Notes under the pieces: model-generated | What the model was told of the DNA's origin: nothing | Seen by the model: the letters and a program-made list of their open reading frames with translations, nothing else | Database searches by the model: none | NCBI GenBank assembly: GCA_017550335.1 | Contig: JAFZPM010000003.1 | Coordinates: 15,040-79,039 of the forward strand | From: Paludibacteraceae bacterium | GTDB lineage: Bacteria; Bacteroidota; Bacteroidia; Bacteroidales; Paludibacteraceae | Length of the DNA stretch: 64,000 nt | Reading direction: 5' to 3' | Program-made: the position numbers and the translations under genes | Shown: in pieces, positions 27,369-34,808 of the stretch | Layout of the letters: every line of letters starts with the position of its first letter | How positions within the stretch are numbered: position 1 is the stretch's first letter

Positions 27369-29426
27369 ATGAACAGCACTCATTCACGATTCAGAGGATG
27401 GAGCACAGCGGCGTTGATGCTTCTCCTCACTTCCTACAACGCATTGGCTGACAACCCGATTGTCCGCTACACCTACACACCCGACCCCGCACCGGTGGTC
27501 TTCGGCGACACCTGCTACGTCTACACCGGCCACGACGAGGATGGGGCGGAATACTTCGAGATGAACGAATGGCAATGCTTCTGGACGACCGACATGGCCA
27601 ACTGGACCCCAAGAGGCATCATCATGCGCTACACCGACTTCAAATGGAGCACGGGCGAGGCGTGGGCTTCGCAATGCATCAGGAGAAACGGCAAGTACTA
27701 CTTCTACGTCACCGCCGTGAACAATGCACGGTGCATCGGCGTGGGCGTCGCGGACAACCCCGGCGGACCCTTCAAGGACCCTCTCGGCAAACCGCTCTGC
27801 GGACCGATCAACTGGGAACACATCGACCCGACCGTCTTCATCGACGATGATGGCCAGGCATACCTCTACTTCGGTAACCCGAGCGCCTACTACGTGAAAC
27901 TGAACGAGGACATGATCTCCTACTCGGGCTCCATCCAAAAGACCAATATGAGCTCCGGCTTCGGACCGAACGGCTCCATCTACACGGAGGGCCCTTGGTT
28001 CTACCGCCGCAACGGACTCTACTACCTCCTCTACGCAGCATCCGGCATACCGGAGGATATCGCCTACTCCACCAGCGACGGCCCGACAGGCCCTTGGACC
28101 TACCGCGGCAAGATCATGACGAACAACGAAAGCAACCTCGCCTTCACCAACCACTGCGGCGTGGTGGACTATAAGGGTCACTCCTACTTCTTCTACCACA
28201 ACCAATCGATCAGCCACAACGGATTCGACCGATCCACCTGCGTCGAGGAATTCACCTACAACGCGGACGGTACCTTCCCTACCATCCACGTCTCAAGCCA
28301 GGGCCCGAAGCCTATCGCCTACCTCAACCCCTACAAGCGGGTGGAGGGCGAAACCATGGCCTACGAGGAGGGCTTGAAGATTCAGGAGAACAGCGTATGC
28401 TCCAACAAGATATGCCTCGGCTATATCTCCAAAAACAGCTTCACCAAGGTGGCCAATGTCAACTTCGGAACGGGCGGCGCCACGTCCGTAACCGTCAACG
28501 CCAGCAGTAACAGCAACAGCGGAGGAAAGGTGGAGTTCCACCTCGACAGCAAAAGCGGAGACCTCATCGCCTCCGTGGAGATCTCCTCAACGGGCGGATG
28601 GGACACGTTCAAGGACTTCGAGGCGGAGGTGACCGGCGCCACAGGCGTGCATGACCTCTACATCGTCTTCAAAGGGGAGTCGGACTACCCTTGCAACGTG
28701 GACTACTGGCAATTCTTCGGCGACGGCTCCGAAGAGGAACTGGAGGAGATCGCGGAGGAGAAGCAAGCTCCTTTCCATGGAACACCAGCCTCCATCCCTG
28801 GCAAAATCGAGATGGAGGACTATGACCTCGGCGGCGAAGGGAAAGCCTACCACGACGAAAGCTCCGCAAACGAAGGCGGCGCCTACCGCAAGGATAATGT
28901 GGACATCGAGGAGACCACCGCTTCCAACTATGTCGTGGGCTATAACATCAAGGGAGAATGGCTCGAATATACGGTCGACGTGAAGGAGAGCACCGAATAT
29001 GAGTGGACCGCCCGCGTCTCCTCCACCTTCGAGGAGTCTGGATTCCGCCTCTACCTCGACGACAAGGACATCACAGGCCTCATCACCGTGCCGCAAGGCG
29101 AGGAGTGGTCCGATTATACCCTCATCAAAGGCAAGACGAAGGAACTCGCGGCTGGCGAACATGTCCTGAAACTAGCGGTGGAGAGCTCCTACTTCAACAT
29201 CGACTACATCGAGTTCACGAGCGGAGACGCTACGGGCATTGTAAACATCAGTTCGACACCGAACCTCCAACCAGGCGAGTACCTACTCTACAACGCCACC
29301 GGCGAACTCGTCAGAAACATCCGATTGCCGAAGGAACAATCCTTCCTCGAAGGCGACGGACCTGACCATGGCATGTATATCCTGGTTTCCAAAGAGACGG
29401 GAACCCATTACAAGATTACAAAGTAA
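27369..29426 (+). CDS. GH43 glycoside hydrolase with two CBM6-like modules and a probable T9SS CTD
   Basis: 'NPIVRYTYTPDPAPVVFGDTCYVYTGHDED', 'IDPTVFIDDDGQAYLYFG' and 'TEGPWFYRRNGLYYLLYA' are GH43 five-bladed propeller motifs. Two 'GGW..F' / 'GEWLEYTV' CBM6-type segments. The C-terminal ~70 aa are beta-rich. Confidence 0.85.
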   Translation: MNSTHSRFRGWSTAALMLLLTSYNALADNPIVRYTYTPDPAPVVFGDTCYVYTGHDEDGAEYFEMNEWQCFWTTDMANWTPRGIIMRYTDFKWSTGEAWASQCIRRNGKYYFYVTAVNNARCIGVGVADNPGGPFKDPLGKPLCGPINWEHIDPTVFIDDDGQAYLYFGNPSAYYVKLNEDMISYSGSIQKTNMSSGFGPNGSIYTEGPWFYRRNGLYYLLYAASGIPEDIAYSTSDGPTGPWTYRGKIMTNNESNLAFTNHCGVVDYKGHSYFFYHNQSISHNGFDRSTCVEEFTYNADGTFPTIHVSSQGPKPIAYLNPYKRVEGETMAYEEGLKIQENSVCSNKICLGYISKNSFTKVANVNFGTGGATSVTVNASSNSNSGGKVEFHLDSKSGDLIASVEISSTGGWDTFKDFEAEVTGATGVHDLYIVFKGESDYPCNVDYWQFFGDGSEEELEEIAEEKQAPFHGTPASIPGKIEMEDYDLGGEGKAYHDESSANEGGAYRKDNVDIEETTASNYVVGYNIKGEWLEYTVDVKESTEYEWTARVSSTFEESGFRLYLDDKDITGLITVPQGEEWSDYTLIKGKTKELAAGEHVLKLAVESSYFNIDYIEFTSGDATGIVNISSTPNLQPGEYLLYNATGELVRNIRLPKEQSFLEGDGPDHGMYILVSKETGTHYKITK

Positions 29427-29451
29427 ACATAAAATAAGATGATGATGAGAG

Positions 29452-29490
29452 CGGGTTGGGTTCAGGATAGGACTCAACCCGTTCGTTTTT
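29452..29490 (+). terminator. rho-independent terminator after the GH43 gene
   Basis: CGGGTTGGGT (29452-29461) pairs with ACTCAACCCG (29472-29481) with one G-U pair, followed by ttcgttttt. Confidence 0.7.
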
Positions 29491-29585
29491 CCTCTGCTCT
29501 TCCAATCTCTGAAGACTAACCGACCTAATACAAAGCGGGACCGCCACATCGTGACAGCCCCGCATTCCTTTATATGTTCGTACGA

Positions 29586-30554
29586 TTAGAACCCGCTCGG
29601 CTTCAGCTTCAATCCGCAGGTCTCCTCCAACCCGAACATCAGGTTGAAGTTCTGGACAGCCTGGCCGGAAGCGCCCTTCAGCAGGTTATCGATCATGGAG
29701 ATGATCAACAACTTATTACCATGCTTCTCGACGTGGACAATGCCCTTGTTCGTGTTCACCACCTGCTTCAAGTCTGGGTTGGCGTCCATCACGAAGGTGA
29801 AGGCTGAATCCTTGTAGAAATCCTTGTAAAGTTTCTGGATCTCCTCGATCTCCAAGTCGCACTCCGTATAGGAAGAGACGAAGATGCCCCTCGCGAAATC
29901 ACCGCGCACAGGCAAGAAGTTGATGTCGTGACTAAAGCTTGGCTGCAGCTGACGCATGGTGCGGTTGATCTCCAACAAGTGTTGATGCGTGAAGGCCTTG
30001 TAGATGGAGATGTTGTTGTTCCTCCAGCTGAAATGGGACGTCGCGCCTGGCTTCACACCCGCACCCGTGGAACCCGTGATACCAGTGGTGTGCACCTCGC
30101 CCTTCAGCAATCCCTTAGCCGCCAGCGGAAGGAGACCGATCTGGATAGCCGTAGCGAAACAACCAGGGTTCGCCAGCTTAGTAGCCTTCTTGATACGCTC
30201 ACGGTTCACCTCAGGCAAGCCATAGACGAAGCCGTCGCTCTCGTCGCGGTAATCCTGCGAGAGATCGATGATCTTCACGTTGGAAGGCACCACATGCGAC
30301 TCCAGGAACTTCCTGCTATCCCCATGACCCGAGCAGATGAACAAGGCGTCCACCTTATCCAAAGGGAGCTCGTCGGTGAAGGTCATATCCGTCTCGCCGA
30401 AAAGACCCTCATGGACGTCATAGAGTTTATTACCCGCATTACTGCTACTGTTAACGAAGACCACCTCCACCTGAGGATGGTTCAAAACGATGCGAAGCAA
30501 CTCGCCTGCCGTATAGCCGGCACCGCCTATAATTCCTATTTTTACCATAATCAA
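29586..30554 (-). CDS. argC: N-acetyl-gamma-glutamyl-phosphate reductase
   Basis: 'KIGIIGGAGYTAGELLRIVLNHPQVEV', catalytic 'NPGCFATA', 322 aa. Confidence 0.9.
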   Translation of the reverse strand: MIMVKIGIIGGAGYTAGELLRIVLNHPQVEVVFVNSSSNAGNKLYDVHEGLFGETDMTFTDELPLDKVDALFICSGHGDSRKFLESHVVPSNVKIIDLSQDYRDESDGFVYGLPEVNRERIKKATKLANPGCFATAIQIGLLPLAAKGLLKGEVHTTGITGSTGAGVKPGATSHFSWRNNNISIYKAFTHQHLLEINRTMRQLQPSFSHDINFLPVRGDFARGIFVSSYTECDLEIEEIQKLYKDFYKDSAFTFVMDANPDLKQVVNTNKGIVHVEKHGNKLLIISMIDNLLKGASGQAVQNFNLMFGLEETCGLKLKPSGF

Positions 30555-30706
30555 TCACAAAAAACACTGCGCGAAGTTAGGGATATTTTTTAAGTTATCA
30601 GACCATTGGCTTTATATGTTTAACTAAAATAGTGGATTTTAGAGCTGCCCTACCATGGTTTGTGAGCACTCAACTTTGCGGTAATCTGCAAATACCGGCC
30701 AAAACC

Positions 30707-30726
30707 TTTTCGGTTATAACCGAAAA
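30707..30726. promoter_or_regulatory. perfect 20-bp palindrome TTTTCGGTTATAACCGAAAA upstream of ATPase gene 1
   Basis: The sequence is its own reverse complement. It shares the TTTCGGTTAT half-site with the three 40-bp repeats that follow. Confidence 0.5.
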
Positions 30727-30740
30727 TTATGTCTATTTCT

Positions 30741-30845
30741 AGAAAAGTTTCGGTTATAATAGAAACCTTATTGTTTTTGCAGAAAAGTTTCGGTTATGAT
30801 AGAAACTTTTGTATATTTGCGGAAAAGTTTCGGTTATGATAGAAC
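30741..30845 (+). repeat. 40-bp tandem repeat (2.6 copies) spanning the promoter and start codon of ATPase gene 1
   Basis: agaaaagtttcggttataatagaaaccttattgtttttgc / agaaaagtttcggttatgatagaaacttttgtatatttgc / ggaaaagtttcggttatgatagaac.. at exactly 40-nt spacing (30741, 30781, 30821). Confidence 0.85.
30812..30819 (+). promoter_or_regulatory. candidate -7 promoter box (TATATTTG) of ATPase gene 1
   Basis: Matches TAnnTTTG. It lies inside repeat copy B, 17 nt upstream of ATG 30836. Confidence 0.5.
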
Positions 30846-32131
30846 AAATGGAAAATATTAAAGCCTACAACCCGTGGGGAGGAAACGATATCGCTTTAGG
30901 CTATAGACGTGACTTCTATATGACAAAGATTACCCCTTACATCGGTAATTCTTTGGTGAAGGTGCTTACGGGACAGCGAAGGACAGGCAAAAGCTACATC
31001 CTTCGCCAAATAGCCATGGAGCTTATACACAAAGGGATAGCACCTGAAAACATATTGTTCATCAACGCCGAGTTCTCCGCCTTCAACTTCTTGCAGACGC
31101 ACGAAGATCTTGAGAAACTCATTCAGGAGTACCGCAAGGAATTGTCCCCCAAAGGCAAATTCTTCCTTTTCATCGACGAAGTGCAAAACATAACCGGTTG
31201 GGAAAGGAGTGTCAACTCGCTATCCCAGGATTTCACCTCCCCCTGCGAAGTATTCATCAGCGGATCCAACTCAACCATGCTCTCGGGAGAACTGGCGACG
31301 CACCTATCGGGGCGCTATGTTCAGTTCGAAATACTCCCTTTCTCCTATAGGGAGTGGTGCGATGTCCACCAAAAGGAGCAAGGCTTCGATAGCTACGAGG
31401 AATATCTTCATGATGGGGGACTACCCGAGCTGATACACCTCAACGACGACGAAGTGAGACGCCATTACATGTCCAGCCTCAAAGACACCATCCTGCTTCG
31501 CGACATTATCTCACGGTACTCCATCAGAGATCCCAAACTGTTGGAAGACCTTTTCGTCTACACCGTGAACAATGCGACAAAGCTCACAACGCCCAACAAC
31601 ATCGTGAAGTTCTACAAAGGGAAGGGGAAGAAGGTGAACTATGAAACCGTAGCGTCGTACCTCGCCTATATGACAGAGACCTACATTATCCATAAAACCG
31701 AGCGATACAACATCCAAGGCAAGGAAACCATTGCGGGAAACTGCAAATACTACATCAACGACCTCTCTTTCTACAATTATCTCTACAGAGGCTTTTCTTT
31801 CGGGGCTGGCTATGAACTGGAGAATTTAGTCTATTTGGAGCTACGCAGAGCCGGTTACGAAGTCTATGTGGGGACCATACAGGGCGCTCACACTGATGAG
31901 CAAAGCGAGGTCGATTTCGTGGCCATAAACGGAGACAAAAAAATCTACGTGCAGGCTTCATACGAGACAAGCGATCCCAAAACGCTGGAGCGGGAATACT
32001 CCTCTTTGGAGCTCATCCAAGACCACTACCCCAAATTCGTCGTAACCCTAGATAAGTTCCAACGTCCCAACAGAAACGGTATTGTGCATGTACTGGCACC
32101 GGAGTTCCACAAGGTGTTGGAGAGGATTTGA
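30836..32131 (+). CDS. AAA_14 / DUF4143-type ATP-binding protein
   Basis: 'VLTGQRRTGKSYILRQI' Walker A, 'FLFIDEVQN' Walker B, and a C-terminal region typical of the very abundant Bacteroidales 'ATP-binding protein' family. The track's TTG start at 30809 lies upstream of the -7 box, so ATG 30836 (or 30848) is preferred. Confidence 0.75.
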   Translation: MIEQMENIKAYNPWGGNDIALGYRRDFYMTKITPYIGNSLVKVLTGQRRTGKSYILRQIAMELIHKGIAPENILFINAEFSAFNFLQTHEDLEKLIQEYRKELSPKGKFFLFIDEVQNITGWERSVNSLSQDFTSPCEVFISGSNSTMLSGELATHLSGRYVQFEILPFSYREWCDVHQKEQGFDSYEEYLHDGGLPELIHLNDDEVRRHYMSSLKDTILLRDIISRYSIRDPKLLEDLFVYTVNNATKLTTPNNIVKFYKGKGKKVNYETVASYLAYMTETYIIHKTERYNIQGKETIAGNCKYYINDLSFYNYLYRGFSFGAGYELENLVYLELRRAGYEVYVGTIQGAHTDEQSEVDFVAINGDKKIYVQASYETSDPKTLEREYSSLELIQDHYPKFVVTLDKFQRPNRNGIVHVLAPEFHKVLERI

Positions 32132-32132
32132 C

Positions 32133-32214
32133 GGTTAGGAAAATGTGATGGATTCCGCAATTCATGGTTAGGAAAATGTGACAGGTTTAGCAATTCATGG
32201 TTAGGAAAATGTGA
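32133..32214 (+). repeat. 33-bp tandem repeat x3 (core GGTTAGGAAAATGTGA) immediately after the ATPase-1 stop codon
   Basis: The core recurs at 32133, 32166 and 32199. Copies 2 and 3 share the 25-nt gcaattcatggttaggaaaatgtga. Confidence 0.85.
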
Positions 32215-32282
32215 AAGCGTATTATTTATATAATTGATATATAACGTATTAGCATAAAAAATTACCCGCAGCGATTATTACC

Positions 32283-32316
32283 AAAAAAGCCGACAACGCA
32301 AAAGCATTGTCGGCTT
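32283..32316 (-). terminator. rho-independent terminator after the response regulator gene
   Basis: AAGCCGACAA (32287-32296) pairs with TTGTCGGCTT (32307-32316). On the minus strand a U-run follows (plus-strand aaaaaa at 32283-32288). Confidence 0.75.
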
Positions 32317-32339
32317 CCATCATCATTAACTTAAAATAT

Positions 32340-33047
32340 TTATTCACCCTTTGGCTCCTCCGGGATCACGATCTTGTAGCCTTTACCATGCACATTGATG
32401 ATCTCCACCTGAGGATCTGCCTTCAACAATTTACGTAACTTAGTGATATAGACATCCATGCTCCGAGCGTTGAAATAGTTGTCATCCACCCAAATGGTCT
32501 TCAGGGCACGGTTGCGCTCCAGGATGTCGTTCTTGTGTTCGCAGAGCAAGGCGAGCAATTCAGACTCCTTGGTGGTCAGCTTCGTGGACTCGCCATCGAT
32601 GGTGAGGAGCTGCTTCTGGGAATCGAACGTGAACTTACCCAACTTCTGGATAGGGTCCGCCGCACCCTTCTTGCCGTTCACACGACGGAGGATCGCCTCG
32701 ATACGAAGCAACAGCTCCTCCATGCTGAAAGGCTTGGTGATATAGTCGTCGGCACCGATACGGAAGCCCTCGACGATATCCTCCTTGAGCGTCTTGGCCG
32801 TCAGGAAGAGGATAGGCACCTTCTCGTTCACCTGCCTGATCTCCTGCGCCAACGTGAAGCCATCCTTCTTAGGCATCATCACATCCAGGACACACACGTC
32901 ATACTTACCCGCGAAGAATGCGTTGCCACCCTCTTCGCCATCCAGCTTCAGGTCCACATCGTAGCCCTTAGCGTGCAGGTACTCCCTCAGCAACATGCCA
33001 AGGTTCTCATCGTCCTCGCACAATAGAATTTTTATCTTCTCGTCCAT
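32340..33047 (-). CDS. rprY: OmpR-family response regulator (RprY-like)
   Basis: 'KILLCEDDENLGMLLREYLHAKGY', receiver Asp in 'VCVLDVMMPKKDG', and a C-terminal winged-helix 'VYITKLRKLL'. Confidence 0.75.
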   Translation of the reverse strand: MDEKIKILLCEDDENLGMLLREYLHAKGYDVDLKLDGEEGGNAFFAGKYDVCVLDVMMPKKDGFTLAQEIRQVNEKVPILFLTAKTLKEDIVEGFRIGADDYITKPFSMEELLLRIEAILRRVNGKKGAADPIQKLGKFTFDSQKQLLTIDGESTKLTTKESELLALLCEHKNDILERNRALKTIWVDDNYFNARSMDVYITKLRKLLKADPQVEIINVHGKGYKIVIPEEPKGE

Positions 33048-33068
33048 ATCTTATCTCGTCTTTTTAGA

Positions 33069-34604
33069 TTAATTATTCTTTTTCTTTATAGGAATCTCAA
33101 TGATAAACTTCGTGCCCTTCTCGTACTCGCTCTCCACCCGTATCGTGCCGCGATGGTCGGTGACCACCTTCTTCACGTAGGCCAAGCCCAGGCCGAAGCC
33201 CTTCACGTTATGCACGCTGCCCGTCGGCACGCGGTAGAACTTGTCGAAGATACGTTTCAAGTTTGATTTCTTGATACCGATACCGTTGTCCTCCACCGAG
33301 ATGCAGATCTTGCCGTGCTCGTTCCACGTCCTGATCCTCAGCACCAGCGGTCCCTTGCTATACTTCACCGCATTGTCCATCAGGTTGTAGATGATATTGG
33401 TGAAATGGATCTCGTCCACCATCGTCTCGGAATCCTCCGCATCCAGTTCCGTCTGGATGTCGCCACCCGTGTTCTGCACCTTCAGGGCGAAGTTGCCGGC
33501 GATGGTGAGGATGAGGTCGTCGATGTCCATCAGCTCCAGTTTCAGGGCGGAGCTCTCCTTCTCGAAGATAGACATCTGCAGCACCTTGTCGATTTGGCGG
33601 GTCAGACGTTTCGTCTCGTCGCCGATGGTCTTGGAGAGTTGGTCCACCATGCCCTTCGACTTGGAGATGGAGTCGTCGTTCAGCATCTGCGCGGCGAGCG
33701 ATATGGTGGAGACCGGCGTCTTCAACTCATGCGTCATGTTGTTCATGAAGTCCGTACGCATCTCGGAGAGCTGTTTCTGCCGGGAGATGATCACCAAGGA
33801 GAAGACGAACGTGAACAGCAGGATAAGCGTGAAGATGATCGAGACGTAAAAGATCTGGTTCGACCCCAAGTACCTCGATTTGGAAGGCGTATAGACCTTC
33901 AGCATGTTGGAGGTCGGAGCGGGATCGTTCGGGAAGAGCAGCTGTGTGTAGCAGACCATATCCTTCGGGCTCCACCCATCCTCCTCGAAACTTCCGCTGC
34001 TATAGATCTCGCGGCCATCCTTGTTCACGACACAACAATAGTACTTCAGTTCGCCCAGCCCGTTGTTGTCCAGCTCACGGTCGACGAGCTCGTTCAGCTT
34101 CTGGAAGTCGATACGCTCCTCGATCGGTTTCACATAGGTCTCGCTCAGCAGGCGGACCAGGATGTCATCCAGCAAGGCCCTGCTCTGCAGGAAACGTTCC
34201 TTGAGTTTGTTCTGGATGATGCGGGAAGACTCCTCGATGGAGTTCATGCCGTGCTTCATGGAGATGAAGACGGTAGGGCGCACCCGCACGCACGAGTTGA
34301 AGGAGGAATCCGCCCGTTGTCCGATATTGTTCATCTGACCGTTCATCGGCAGAGGAGCGGGCCCCGGCTTCGTGGTGATGCGGGTCTTGGAAGAAGGGAC
34401 CGCCAAATTCTTGTTCAAGTATTGGAGCGTCTCCTCCTCCTCCAGCAAGCGCGCGACCTCGTAAAGGCTACGCTTCACGGCCTCACCGAACTGCTCCTCG
34501 CGCATCTCGGCGGTGGAGCGGATATAGTAAGACTGGAGGAATATCAATCCCAAGAATGAAATCGACATTACAATACCCAATAATATGATCGTCGTCTTCT
34601 TCAT
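33069..34604 (-). CDS. rprX: sensor histidine kinase (RprX-like)
   Basis: H-box 'FMNNMTHELKTPVSTI', N-box 'NLMDNAVKYS', and G-boxes 'VEDNGIGI' and 'GFGLGLAYV'. Start chosen at MKKTTIILLGIV (the track start at 34622 adds 6 aa). Confidence 0.75.
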   Translation of the reverse strand: MKKTTIILLGIVMSISFLGLIFLQSYYIRSTAEMREEQFGEAVKRSLYEVARLLEEEETLQYLNKNLAVPSSKTRITTKPGPAPLPMNGQMNNIGQRADSSFNSCVRVRPTVFISMKHGMNSIEESSRIIQNKLKERFLQSRALLDDILVRLLSETYVKPIEERIDFQKLNELVDRELDNNGLGELKYYCCVVNKDGREIYSSGSFEEDGWSPKDMVCYTQLLFPNDPAPTSNMLKVYTPSKSRYLGSNQIFYVSIIFTLILLFTFVFSLVIISRQKQLSEMRTDFMNNMTHELKTPVSTISLAAQMLNDDSISKSKGMVDQLSKTIGDETKRLTRQIDKVLQMSIFEKESSALKLELMDIDDLILTIAGNFALKVQNTGGDIQTELDAEDSETMVDEIHFTNIIYNLMDNAVKYSKGPLVLRIRTWNEHGKICISVEDNGIGIKKSNLKRIFDKFYRVPTGSVHNVKGFGLGLAYVKKVVTDHRGTIRVESEYEKGTKFIIEIPIKKKNN

Positions 34605-34701
34605 CGACGCAAATATAAACAAACGATTTTAACATTTCGCGTGGCTTAACTTTATTTAATAAATAGGGGAGTAAATGGGCGGTTAAATGTGAAAAAATGA
34701 G

Positions 34702-34709
34702 TAAATTTG
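34702..34709 (+). promoter_or_regulatory. candidate -7 promoter box (TAAATTTG) upstream of the antiporter gene
   Basis: Matches TAnnTTTG, about 100 nt upstream of ATG 34809. Confidence 0.35.
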
Positions 34710-34808
34710 CATGAGGTGAATTATAAAATTCGCTAAATTTACATAGCAGACAGAACCATAGGGTTTAGAAAACATTCATAAACCCCACCATAAGAGGAAG
34801 ATAGCATA

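Noticed and set aside
30741-32214. The possibility that the 40-bp, 33-bp or 22-nt tandem repeats (30741, 32133, 59665) are CRISPR arrays.
   Set aside because: The units are directly abutting or separated by conserved, non-unique sequence. There are only about 3 copies, the periods are too short for repeat-plus-spacer, and no cas genes are present.
30600-32230. The ATPase genes with flanking repeats as mobile elements.
   Set aside because: No transposase or integrase is present. I saw no terminal inverted repeats matching between the two sides and no target-site duplication. The repeat flanks are reported as an observation only.
34610-34617. TATATTTG box only 6 nt upstream of the preferred sensor kinase start (implying a leaderless mRNA).
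   Set aside because: A single 8-mer match is too weak to claim this, and it would lie inside the ORF if the upstream Met at 34622 is the true start. TSS data are needed.
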